A DNA stretch of 64,000 nucleotides, from positions 8,845 to 72,844 of the forward strand of contig JACRHW010000016.1 in the NCBI GenBank assembly GCA_016217555.1. The letters are read 5' to 3'. Made by a program: the position numbers and the translations under genes. Below are positions 18,747 through 27,966 of the stretch, one piece after another; the stretch's first letter is position 1, and each line of letters begins with the position of its first letter. The notes beneath the pieces were generated by a model. It was not told the DNA's origin. It saw only the letters and a program-made list of their open reading frames with translations, and made no database searches. This DNA comes from Parcubacteria group bacterium. Lineage in GTDB: Bacteria; Patescibacteriota; Minisyncoccia; UBA6257; JACRHW01.

Positions 18747-19511
18747 ATGACGGTTAGACTTAAAACAAAACAACAAATTAAAGATTTACGAGAAGGCGGA
18801 AAAAGACTTGCCTCTATTCTCAATACTCTCACAAAAGAAACCCATGAAGGTGTTTCTCTTTTGCATTTAGACCAGCTTGCTGAAAAACTTATTAAAAAAG
18901 TAGAGGGGAAACCAGCCTTTAAAGGCTATACTCCGAGTGCTGCCACAGAACCTTATCCAAATACACTCTGCACCTCTTTAAATAGTGTGGCGGTACATGA
19001 ACGCCCAACCTCTTACCGCCTCAAGGGGGGTGATGTACTAAGTATTGATATCGGAATGATCTATAAAAATCTTATTACCGACATGGCAGTAACTCTTGCC
19101 ATCGGCAACATACCCAAACACGCGCAAAAACTTATTACCACAGCGCAAGAGGCACTTGATGAAGCCATTCGCATTTCAATACCAAACAATACTATCGGAG
19201 ACATAGGAAATACTGTTCAAACACACGTACACAAAGCGGGTTTTAAAGTACTTAGGGAACTTACGGGACACGGAGTAGGTTTTGCACTTCACGAGGACCC
19301 TTATGTTTATAATTTTGGAAAACCGCATGCGGGACTTGTGTTAGAACCAGGGCTAGTAATTGCCATCGAACCTATTATTTCAGAAAGTACTGAATATATC
19401 ATTCAACGCCACGATGAGAGTTTCGCCACCGCAGACAATAGCCTTGCGGCACACTTCGAGCACTCAATAGCAATAACAGAAAATGGTCCCCTTGTTCTCA
19501 CTGTACTATGA
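18747..19511 (+). CDS. map: Methionine aminopeptidase type I
   Basis: SIDIG..TDMA, GHGVG..LHEDP, AIEP, AHFEH. Confidence 0.96.
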   Translation: MTVRLKTKQQIKDLREGGKRLASILNTLTKETHEGVSLLHLDQLAEKLIKKVEGKPAFKGYTPSAATEPYPNTLCTSLNSVAVHERPTSYRLKGGDVLSIDIGMIYKNLITDMAVTLAIGNIPKHAQKLITTAQEALDEAIRISIPNNTIGDIGNTVQTHVHKAGFKVLRELTGHGVGFALHEDPYVYNFGKPHAGLVLEPGLVIAIEPIISESTEYIIQRHDESFATADNSLAAHFEHSIAITENGPLVLTVL

Positions 19512-19897
19512 TTTTAGGCATTGATTATGGAACAAAAAAAATTGGCTTAGCTTTAGGAGACGAGGAGACAAACATCGCTATGCCTTGGCGTATAGTAGAA
19601 AATAAGTCACGGGTGCAGATATTAGAAGAACTAAAAAAAGTAATTTTAGATTATAACATCACGTGCATTGTGGTGGGAGAACCACTCTCCTCCACATCCG
19701 AACGAACTCCTCAGACAGAGATTACAGCAAAATTCATTGCATTTCTAGAAAAAAATATCTCCCTTCCCATCAAAGTCCAGAATGAATTTTTTACCACAAA
19801 AGAAGCACGTATAATCATGCATGAAACAGGACAAAAAAAACACACCATCGATGCCCATGCCGCAACCATCATCCTTCAATCCTATTTAGATAAGTAG
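19508..19897 (+). CDS. ruvX: YqgF/RuvX pre-16S rRNA nuclease (Holliday junction resolvase-like)
   Basis: ILGIDYGTKKIGLA, IVVGEP, IDAHAATIILQSYL. Confidence 0.92.
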   Translation: MILGIDYGTKKIGLALGDEETNIAMPWRIVENKSRVQILEELKKVILDYNITCIVVGEPLSSTSERTPQTEITAKFIAFLEKNISLPIKVQNEFFTTKEARIIMHETGQKKHTIDAHAATIILQSYLDK

Positions 19898-19910
19898 TAT
19901 AATACTAATG

Positions 19911-20134
19911 ATGAATCCCGTTAGAAGTCGCGATCGCTTATGCCTACCGGGATTAAAGTAAACGAGTATTAATTATATAATAAGTAGTTTGTGATTCTCG
20001 GATCGCGATCTACCCCGTTAGAAATTGCAACATTTACAAAATATATTCATTGCTATGTTTTATAAAAAGTTGTTTGTCATTAATACTACAGGAAACTCCA
20101 ATTTCTAACGGGGTCTACTTCTAAACGGGATGAA
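19911..20134. mobile_element. Nested MITE-like elements flanked by ATGAA duplication at the pgk start codon
   Basis: Outer TCCCGTTAGAAGTCGCGATC...GATCGCGA|CTTCTAAACGGGA with its right arm interrupted by the 103-nt inner unit 20012-20114. Confidence 0.85.
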
Positions 20135-21287
20135 ATTCTTACGAGAATATACAAGAAAAGAACTTGATGGGAAACAGGTGCTGTTGCGTGTGGATTATAA
20201 TGTGGCATTTGTTGAGCGAAACGGGAAAAAGGTTATCTCTGATGATTATCGTATTACATCGAGCTTTGCATCTATCGACTATCTTTTGGCAAACAATGCG
20301 AAGATCATTGTTCTTGCGCACTTTGGAGACCCAAAAGGCGTTGACCCCATTCTTACACTTCAACCCATCTCTGAACGTCTTAAAGATAGGTATGCTGATC
20401 TTGAATTTGCAAAGACATTTGAAGAAGTTTCCCAAAAAAGCAAAGAAAATAAACATCTTATTCTTCTTGAAAATATACGCTTTTTTGAAGGAGAAAAGGA
20501 GAATAGTAATGAATTTGCAACAAAGCTGGCATCTCTTGGATCACTCTATATAAACGATGCCTTTGCAGTAAGCCATCGCCCGAACGCTTCAGTAGTAGCA
20601 ATTACAAAGCATCTTCCTAGTATTGTGGGTATGCAAATGGAAAAGGAACTTACAAACCTTGATAAGATCCTTACTAATGTTACGCATCCCTTTGTTTGTA
20701 TCGTGGGTGGTGCAAAAATAGGCACGAAAGTACCCCTTATAAATAATCTTCTTTCTCGTGCGGATACTGTTCTTGTAGGAAGCGGTATCGCTTGTCCACT
20801 GCTTCGTGCTCAAGGCTACGCAACAGGAAAGACAATTTATGAGGCGGTAGAAAAAAAAGAACTTACCATGTTGTTTGAATCACATAAAATTCTCCTTCCC
20901 CAAGATGTGGTACTTGAAACAGACAAGGGACCCACTCCAATAAAAATATCGGATCTCAATACTATTTCTAACCAAGAGTATGTTATTCTTGATGTGGGAG
21001 AGGAAACAATAAAAGAATATACAAAGTATATAGCAGGGGCGGGGATAATTGTTTGGAATGGACCTCTAGGCCTCTTCGAAAACCCAGATTTTAAAAAAGG
21101 CTCTGAAGCAATAGCACACGCAATTGCAAACTCAAGTGCCTTCAAAGTAGTTGGAGGAGGGGAAACAGTATCACTTGTCCATGGCCTTGGTCTTGCAGAT
21201 AAATTTGATTTTGTTTCAACAGGTGGTGGCGCCATGATTTCCTACCTAAGCGGCGAGAAGCTCCCTGGAATCGAAGCGCTAAAATAA
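20130..21287 (+). CDS. pgk: Phosphoglycerate kinase
   Basis: LRVDYNV, LLENIRF, INDAFAVSHR, WNGPLG, STGGGA. Confidence 0.97.
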   Translation: MKFLREYTRKELDGKQVLLRVDYNVAFVERNGKKVISDDYRITSSFASIDYLLANNAKIIVLAHFGDPKGVDPILTLQPISERLKDRYADLEFAKTFEEVSQKSKENKHLILLENIRFFEGEKENSNEFATKLASLGSLYINDAFAVSHRPNASVVAITKHLPSIVGMQMEKELTNLDKILTNVTHPFVCIVGGAKIGTKVPLINNLLSRADTVLVGSGIACPLLRAQGYATGKTIYEAVEKKELTMLFESHKILLPQDVVLETDKGPTPIKISDLNTISNQEYVILDVGEETIKEYTKYIAGAGIIVWNGPLGLFENPDFKKGSEAIAHAIANSSAFKVVGGGETVSLVHGLGLADKFDFVSTGGGAMISYLSGEKLPGIEALK

Positions 21288-21295
21288 AAACAACT

Positions 21296-21459
21296 TTTAA
21301 ATTACAAAACATCTCTTCCTCACACGTGAAAATACCCAGCGGTATTTTCACTCTCTCCACAAGCGCTTCGTTGTCAATTCAATTCATTATCATTCAGAAT
21401 TGACAACACCCTGCTTCGCGTCTGCGGAATGGTTCGGAAGGAATATTTTGTGATTTAAA
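21296..21459. repeat. Multi-hairpin palindromic element after pgk
   Basis: Outer arms TTTAAATTACAAAACAT / ATATTTTGTGATTTAAA; inner hairpins GTGAAAATACC/GGTATTTTCAC and GTTGTCAATTC/GAATTGACAAC. Confidence 0.6.
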
Positions 21460-21512
21460 TTATATAAATAAAAAAGTCACACTTCGTGCGACCAATAAAA
21501 ATCATATATTAT

Positions 21513-21680
21513 TCAATTGTCATTTTGGAACTTATTACTAAGAAGAAACCATGAAAGTAAGATTTGTATAAGCATACCACATACGAGAAACACATTAATT
21601 GTTTCCATTTGGTAGATACCAAATATTATAAGACAAGAACCCAAAAAATAGACTAACCACAAACGAATTATTGACACCAT
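21513..21680 (-). CDS. Small (55 aa) hydrophobic protein with two predicted TM segments; below ORF-track cutoff
   Basis: MVSIIRLWLVYFLGSCLIIFG...; SD GAAAGGAGGTG; promoter TTGACT-17-TATTAT at 21744-21716. Confidence 0.6.
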   Translation of the reverse strand: MVSIIRLWLVYFLGSCLIIFGIYQMETINVFLVCGMLIQILLSWFLLSNKFQNDN

Positions 21681-21779
21681 CACACACCTCCTTTCTCAAC
21701 CGAGATTTCAATTTAATAATAGCGTAAACAAAAATTTTAGTCAAGTATACGTTCAAAAAACATTATAATAAAATTTTTT

Positions 21780-21879
21780 TGTCATCCTGAGCGCAGCGAA
21801 GGATCTCTCGCCATTAGCTAATTCTTGAGATTCTTCTCCCTCGATCCGCCAGCCGGCGGACACTCGGGATCAGAATGAC
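21780..21879. repeat. GTCATCCTGAG...AGAATGAC palindromic element with nested CCGCCAGCCGGCGG
   Basis: Related to elements at 43231, 52113 and 56628. Confidence 0.7.
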
Positions 21880-21897
21880 GGAAGATCAAAATACTCT

Positions 21898-22323
21898 ATG
21901 AATATAGTTATACATACAGATGGAGGTTCGCGAGGAAATCCAGGACCATCGGCCTTGGGGGCGGTTATTGATATTGATGGAAAAAGGCATGAGTATGGTG
22001 AGTTTTTGGGGGTGGGAACAAACAATGAGGCAGAATATGCTGCGGTTGTTTTTGCACTAGGGAAAGCAAAACAACTTGTAGGGAAAGAGAAGGCCAAGCA
22101 CGAAGAAGTGCAAGTCAATATGGATTCAGAGCTCATATGTCGTCAGATGAATCACGAATACAAAATCTCGATAGATCGCATGAAGATGCTCTTTATAGAC
22201 GTCTGGAACCTCACGCTCGATTTTAAAAAAGTAACCTTTCATCACATTCCAAGGGAACAAAACAAAGCAGCAGACGCAATGGTCAACGAAGCTCTTGATA
22301 AACAACGAAACACCCTTTTCTAA
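21898..22323 (+). CDS. rnhA: Ribonuclease HI family protein
   Basis: TDGGSRGNPG, TNNEAEY, DSELI, IPREQNKAADAMVNEALD. Confidence 0.93.
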   Translation: MNIVIHTDGGSRGNPGPSALGAVIDIDGKRHEYGEFLGVGTNNEAEYAAVVFALGKAKQLVGKEKAKHEEVQVNMDSELICRQMNHEYKISIDRMKMLFIDVWNLTLDFKKVTFHHIPREQNKAADAMVNEALDKQRNTLF

Positions 22324-22370
22324 AACTAAATTTTTATCAAAAATCTGACGATCGTCAGGTGTTTGATAAC

Positions 22371-22398
22371 TTGACAAACATTACAAAAAGAGTATAGT
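22371..22398 (+). promoter_or_regulatory. Sigma70 promoter of rnpB
   Basis: TTGACA-16 nt-TATAGT just upstream of P1. Confidence 0.7.
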
Positions 22399-22405
22399 GC
22401 GGATA

Positions 22406-22830
22406 TCTTTATGTGGGCAATTGCGATTCAATACAATGTTGAGTCGAGGAAAGTCCGGACTCTCATTTTCGATATTTTGTCGAAATAACAGTAGTGGGTA
22501 ATACCCACCAATCTAACATCACGTTGGATCAGAGGTGCGAACAGAGACGTCGCAATCGAAAGAAAGCGACATCCTTTAGTGGGATGAGCCTGTGTGGTAA
22601 CACATAGGGTGCAACGGCTAAATCCTTACTGAGTGCAAGGTCGTGCCCCGCCCCCTAAGCGCATTGTTATCTATGTAAATCATATTCCTATTTTAAAATA
22701 TTTTTTACGATATAATTAAAACAATATGCATAGGGGGCGGGGAGTGCCGCTTATGATCCTACGAGTAATCGTAGGGCTAGATAAATAATTGTCACCACAT
22801 TGGTACAAAATCCGGCTTATAGCATAAAGA
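22406..22830 (+). ncRNA. rnpB: RNase P RNA with a 97-nt palindromic insertion
   Basis: GAGGAAAGTCCG (CR-I), AGGTGCGAACAGAGA, GGCTAAATCC..GAGTGCAAG, AGATAAATAATTG, ACAAAATCCGGCTTA (CR-V); P1 TCTTTATG/CATAAAGA. Confidence 0.93.
22646..22742. mobile_element. CCCCGCCCCCTA...TAGGGGGCGGGG element inside rnpB
   Basis: Same terminal architecture (CCCCGCCnnCTAAGC.CAT...TGCATAG) as the inner module at 3025-3089; AT-rich core. Confidence 0.75.
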
Positions 22831-22866
22831 ACAAAAACACTGTCATCACTGACGGTGTTTTTGTTC
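22830..22866 (+). terminator. Intrinsic terminator of rnpB
   Basis: AACAAAAACACTGTCA-TCAC-TGACGGTGTTTTTGTT. Confidence 0.7.
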
Positions 22867-22910
22867 GTACGTCAATTGTTTTGTGGTGATAAACACACTA
22901 AAATGGAAGA

Positions 22911-23513
22911 ATGTATCCTCGACTTCTCAAACGTTCACTCGATATTATCGGAGCATGTATCGGCCTTACCTGTATTGCGCCTCTTTGGCCGTGTATTGCA
23001 GCCATTATTCAATTGGAAAGCAAGGGGCCTTCTCTTGTGAAAATAAAAAGAATAAGCGGAGGAAAACCATTTCTTATCTATAAGTTTAGGACAATGGTTC
23101 ACAATGCGCATGAAATGAGAAAGGATTTGCTTCATCTCAATGAACGAAGTGATGGACCCTTTTTTAAAATGGCAAACGATCCACGGCTTACGAAGACAGG
23201 AAAGATATTAAGAAAGTTTCGTATTGATGAATTTCCACAACTTATCAATGTGCTTCGTGGCGAACTTACCCTTGTTGGTCCAAGAGCCCATGAACCAGAG
23301 GAGATTGAACACTATCCAGAAGAATTTAAACATATTGTCCTCGCAAAAGCAGGGGTTACTGGCCTTTCTCAAGTTAATGGTGCCTCGGGGCTTCCTTTCC
23401 TCGAGGAACTAAAACTCGACAGCCAATATCTCACTCACCAATCATTTACTACTGATCTTAAAATTATAGGGAAGACCGTAAAAATAATATTTACAGATCC
23501 AAACGCCGTATAA
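22911..23513 (+). CDS. Priming phosphoglycosyl transferase (bacterial sugar transferase family)
   Basis: KRSLDI, YKFRTM, DPRLTKTG.ILRKFRIDEFPQ, LVGPR, GVTGLSQV. Confidence 0.93.
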   Translation: MYPRLLKRSLDIIGACIGLTCIAPLWPCIAAIIQLESKGPSLVKIKRISGGKPFLIYKFRTMVHNAHEMRKDLLHLNERSDGPFFKMANDPRLTKTGKILRKFRIDEFPQLINVLRGELTLVGPRAHEPEEIEHYPEEFKHIVLAKAGVTGLSQVNGASGLPFLEELKLDSQYLTHQSFTTDLKIIGKTVKIIFTDPNAV

Positions 23514-23520
23514 TGACTAT

Positions 23521-24621
23521 ATGAAAATCGCCATTCTTCATGACTATCTGAACCAACTTGGGGGAGGCGAACGTGTGCTTGAAGAACTTATTACCTTATT
23601 TCCAAATGCACCTGTGTATACACTTTTCTATGATGAAGCTTTGACACAAAAACGATTTAGTGAGACGACTGTTCATACCTCCTTTCTTCAACATGTTCCT
23701 GGTGTAGCTCGCCACCATCATGTGGCTATCCCCCTCATGCCCCTTGCGGCACAAAGCATCCACATACGTAACGTAGATGTTGTTTTTTCAGATTCGAGTG
23801 GATATGCAAAGGGGATTACTGTTGATCCTAGTGTTCTTCATATTAATTATTGCTATACCCCCCTTCGCTATGCATGGGAGGAGAAATATCTTACCACCCA
23901 CGCAATTTTTAAACACTTGCGTCATGGAATTAAACCAATTCTTTCCCACCTGCGCACGTGGGATCACTATACGGCAACCTTACCTCACGAGATGTATGCC
24001 GTCTCGAAACACATCGCTAAAAAGATAAAACTTCATTATGATAGGAAAGTAGAGGTGCTCTATCCTCCTGCACGTACTGATTTTTTTTATCCTACACAAA
24101 AAAAGGAAAATTTTTATCTTGCTGTTGGCAGAATGCTTCATTACAAACGTTTTGATCTCATTATTTCGGCATTTAACACCCTGGGACTTCCCTTAAAAAT
24201 AATCGGCTCTGGACCCGAACATAAACGTCTTAAGGCCATGGCACATACCAATATAGAATTTCTTGATAGGGTATCAGACGAGGTGCTTCGCGATTATTAC
24301 TCTGCTGCTCGTGCCCTTATATTTCCCCAACAAGAAGATTTTGGACTTGTCGCCGTCGAGGCTTTAAGCTGTGATACCCCTGTTATTGCATTTAAACACG
24401 GGGGTGGACCAGAAGAGATCATTGAAGAGGGTAAAAATGGCCTTTTCTTCGAAGAACAAACAAAAGAATCCCTCATCACAACAATTCGTAAATTTGAAAA
24501 TAGTCATTTTGGAAAAGAAGCCTGCCGTACTTCAGCACTTCGATTTTCCCCAGAAAAATTCAGAGAAAAAGTACAACGCATCATACGAGAAGCAACAAAA
24601 CGGTTTTATAACAATATATAA
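23521..24621 (+). CDS. Glycosyltransferase family 4
   Basis: LHDYLNQLGGGERV, YKRFDL, EDFGLVAVEA. Confidence 0.92.
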   Translation: MKIAILHDYLNQLGGGERVLEELITLFPNAPVYTLFYDEALTQKRFSETTVHTSFLQHVPGVARHHHVAIPLMPLAAQSIHIRNVDVVFSDSSGYAKGITVDPSVLHINYCYTPLRYAWEEKYLTTHAIFKHLRHGIKPILSHLRTWDHYTATLPHEMYAVSKHIAKKIKLHYDRKVEVLYPPARTDFFYPTQKKENFYLAVGRMLHYKRFDLIISAFNTLGLPLKIIGSGPEHKRLKAMAHTNIEFLDRVSDEVLRDYYSAARALIFPQQEDFGLVAVEALSCDTPVIAFKHGGGPEEIIEEGKNGLFFEEQTKESLITTIRKFENSHFGKEACRTSALRFSPEKFREKVQRIIREATKRFYNNI

Positions 24622-24658
24622 TTTTTCATTTTGAGATTTACATTTTAAATTTATTATC

Positions 24659-25771
24659 ATGTGCATAGGTTTTGATATACGAGTACTCTCAACGGGTAGG
24701 ATTACTGGGGTAGAGGAGTATACCCTAGAACTTGCAAAACATCTTTTGGCGGTTGATACAAAGAATGTATATTCTTTTTATTACAATGGATTATCGCCTC
24801 TCTTAAATCCTTATTTTAAAGACAAAAACGTAATATACGGAAAAACACCAAATAAACTCCTCGACCTTTCTTTCAAATTTCTCTCTCGCCCCTACATTGA
24901 CGAACGCATACAATGTAAGCTTTTTTTTAGTCCGCATTTCCTTCTCACCCCTCTCAAATCAGCACAAAGAATTCTCACCGTACACGATCTTTCATTCATA
25001 CGATTTCCCGAGTTTTTTTCTCTCAAACATCGTTTTTGGTTGAACGTTATGGAGATCAAAAAACAAATCAAAAAAGCAGAGCGCATCGTTGTCCCCTCCG
25101 ATTGCACAAAAAATGATCTTATTACCCTTCTCGATGTTCCCGAAAAAAAGATAGAACGGATTTACCATGGTATCAATCCTATTTTTGGACAACGTTATTC
25201 TGAAGAAGAATTGTCAGAATTTAAAATTACCCACGGACTTCCAAAGCAGTATGTTCTTTACCTTGGAACGATTGAACCAAGAAAAAATATTACAACCCTC
25301 ATTAAAGCCTTCGAATTGTTATGTGATGACTTGCCCAACGTCTCACTTGTGCTTGCGGGGAATTTGGGATGGCTGTTTGAACAATGTCTCCACACCATTG
25401 ATACGTCAAAATACAAAAACAGGATTATCCTCACTCGCGTATCCTCAGAAGATCGCCCAAAACTATATCAGGCGGCAGAGGTGTTTGTATATCCAAGTTT
25501 TTTTGAAGGATTTGGATTTCAACCCCTTGAAGCGCAGTATTCTCATATACCCGTTATTGCATCAAATCGCTCCTCGCTTCCAGAAACGCTAGGAGACTCG
25601 GCACTTCTCGTTGATCCCTACAATAGACTCGATCTTGCAGAGGCGATACGGACTGTTCTTACAGAAGAGAAGGTGAGGACTAATTTGATTAGAAAGGGAA
25701 GAGAAAATGCGGTACAATTCAATTGGGGTAGTGCGGCGAGACACTACGCGAAGCTCTTTAATTCGCTTTAG
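24659..25771 (+). CDS. Glycosyltransferase family 4
   Basis: TVHDL, LGTIEPRKN, YPSFFEGFG.QPLEA. Confidence 0.92.
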   Translation: MCIGFDIRVLSTGRITGVEEYTLELAKHLLAVDTKNVYSFYYNGLSPLLNPYFKDKNVIYGKTPNKLLDLSFKFLSRPYIDERIQCKLFFSPHFLLTPLKSAQRILTVHDLSFIRFPEFFSLKHRFWLNVMEIKKQIKKAERIVVPSDCTKNDLITLLDVPEKKIERIYHGINPIFGQRYSEEELSEFKITHGLPKQYVLYLGTIEPRKNITTLIKAFELLCDDLPNVSLVLAGNLGWLFEQCLHTIDTSKYKNRIILTRVSSEDRPKLYQAAEVFVYPSFFEGFGFQPLEAQYSHIPVIASNRSSLPETLGDSALLVDPYNRLDLAEAIRTVLTEEKVRTNLIRKGRENAVQFNWGSAARHYAKLFNSL

Positions 25772-25787
25772 GTATCCTACTCTTTTC

Positions 25788-27962
25788 GTGTCTAAAAAAA
25801 GTTTTATTCTAAAACTACTTTTTGATGTGAGACCCATGAAAAATGGGTTTTTAGATTCTGTATGGATGAATACACTGACCTCTACCGTGAATCTCGCCCC
25901 ACCAAAAACGAAAGGATTTGAAATTGATTATGTTGTAAATCCTACTCAGGATGTTTTTCGAAAATATGTGGGGCCACGTACTCTTTTCAAAACAAAGGAT
26001 CACTCGAAAAGAATTTATATCAATCGTCCGCCTTTTCTTTTTAAAAATATCTTGCGGAAAAGCGCGATTGGACTTGCTTGTGTAATAATTTTTTGTGCCA
26101 TCCTTTTTAAGGTATTTATTTTTGATAACTACAGCCACCTACAATCTTTAGGTAAGGAGGTGTACCACAACATAGGGGAGGGAATTGCTAGTTTCAAAAA
26201 TCTTAATTTTTCAGAGGGAAAAGAACGACTTAAAAATGCCCAATCATCCCTTTCGATGCTTGAGACAACAATAGATAAGGCATCGCTCTTTAAAATAATG
26301 TATGCGCCACCTTTTACACTTACAAAAAACCTTGATATATTATTGTCCTCCTCGCTCGATGTAGCAAACGATGTAGAAAAGATGACTAATCAGGGCCTCT
26401 CTGATGTATTTGGACGCGGGATAGACCTTGCTAAGGTAAAAACTATTGATAAAAAAATAGAAATAATATCTCGCACAACTCCAAAAGTTATAGGAAGTCT
26501 AGCTGACCTATCTTTATTACCAGGTATGGGGCAGTGGTCTTCTGCGCTAAAAAATCAATATTTTTCAATACAAAATGAACTCAACGATAGCCGAAACTAC
26601 TTGGCAGATCTTACAAATGCTCTTGGAGGAGACGGTATCCCAAAACACTATTTAATTATCTTCCAAAACCCCTCTGAGATACGCGCAACGGGTGGCTTCT
26701 GGGGAAGCTACATGCTTCTTGAGGTGACCAGGGGAAAGATCGCTTCGATGGATATTAGGAATATCTATGATCTTGATGGACAACTCCCAAAAGTTATTAG
26801 CCCTCCGAAACAGCTTCTCCGTATCACTCCACGCTGGGGAACACGAGATGCAAATTGGTTTTTTGATTTTATGACCTCGGCAACGAAGGGAAAAGAGTTT
26901 TTTGAGCAATCACGTCTTATTTCTGAAAAAAATATTAAAGTAGATGTAATCCTAGGAGTAAATACGACATTTGTTGAAGAACTTTTAAAACTTACGGGGC
27001 CTATTCCTATGCCAGAATATGGTATCGACATTACCAATGAAAATTTTGTAGAAAAGGTACAATACGCAATCGAATATGGATCGGACAGATCACATTTTGG
27101 AGATCCAAAAAGGATCCTCAAGATATTTATTCCACGATTTTTAGATACAATAAGCGCCACAGAGGATAAGAAAGCTATTGTTACCATCATAAAATCCATG
27201 TTCAATAATAAGGATATGCAAGTTGCCATTTTTAATCCTGCTCTTTCTCACATCGCTGAGATAGTACACTCTCTCGGATATGATGGGCACGTCATCGAAA
27301 CAAGCGCCCTGGAAGATTATCTCGCTTTTGTGAATTCTAATGTTGCGGGGGGAAAAAGCGATTACGTTATGACACAAAAAATTAACGCTCGACTTGTCAT
27401 TAAAGATGATGGAATCGTTGAACACAATCTTACGGTCACCAGAGAACACACGGGGGAAAAAGCATCATTTGCTCTGTGGCGAAGCACCAATAAGGATTAT
27501 ATAAGAACATATGTCCCATTGGGTGCAGAGCTTATCCATACAAAGGGTACTACGTGGGCAAATTATCCTAATAAAAATAAAAAGGCAACGGATGATCCGC
27601 TTCTCGCCTCAATCGAAACACAATCAAAAATTGCTGATGGCGTTTCTGGTATCGAAGAATATCCCGCAGAAGGAAAAAAGGTTTTTGGGGGTTGGTTTAA
27701 CACCCCTCTAGGGCAACAGCACCAATTTTCCCTTCAATATAAAACAAAATTCCTTGCCTCCTATGAATATCCGGCAGAGGGGGCAGTATATCGATTTATC
27801 TTTCAAAAACAGTCGGGGATTATTAGTGACGTAGAAATTGCCATTCAGGCACCAGAAGGGTATATGTTCAAAGAAACTGCAGGAGAAAAATTTAATGTTC
27901 ATTTTACCTCCGATCCAAAATCATACGAAATAAAACTAACCATTATTCCTAAGACAGAATAA
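25788..27962 (+). CDS. DUF4012-like membrane-anchored extracellular protein
   Basis: One N-terminal TM; FQNPSEIRATGGFWGSY, RDANWFFDF, NVAGGKSD; start uncertain (GTG 25788 or ATG 25836). Confidence 0.8.
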   Translation: MSKKSFILKLLFDVRPMKNGFLDSVWMNTLTSTVNLAPPKTKGFEIDYVVNPTQDVFRKYVGPRTLFKTKDHSKRIYINRPPFLFKNILRKSAIGLACVIIFCAILFKVFIFDNYSHLQSLGKEVYHNIGEGIASFKNLNFSEGKERLKNAQSSLSMLETTIDKASLFKIMYAPPFTLTKNLDILLSSSLDVANDVEKMTNQGLSDVFGRGIDLAKVKTIDKKIEIISRTTPKVIGSLADLSLLPGMGQWSSALKNQYFSIQNELNDSRNYLADLTNALGGDGIPKHYLIIFQNPSEIRATGGFWGSYMLLEVTRGKIASMDIRNIYDLDGQLPKVISPPKQLLRITPRWGTRDANWFFDFMTSATKGKEFFEQSRLISEKNIKVDVILGVNTTFVEELLKLTGPIPMPEYGIDITNENFVEKVQYAIEYGSDRSHFGDPKRILKIFIPRFLDTISATEDKKAIVTIIKSMFNNKDMQVAIFNPALSHIAEIVHSLGYDGHVIETSALEDYLAFVNSNVAGGKSDYVMTQKINARLVIKDDGIVEHNLTVTREHTGEKASFALWRSTNKDYIRTYVPLGAELIHTKGTTWANYPNKNKKATDDPLLASIETQSKIADGVSGIEEYPAEGKKVFGGWFNTPLGQQHQFSLQYKTKFLASYEYPAEGAVYRFIFQKQSGIISDVEIAIQAPEGYMFKETAGEKFNVHFTSDPKSYEIKLTIIPKTE

Positions 27963-27966
27963 CAAC

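Noticed and set aside
22646-22742. Self-splicing group I/II intron in rnpB
   Set aside because: Too short (97 nt) and lacks catalytic core motifs; better explained as a palindromic insertion
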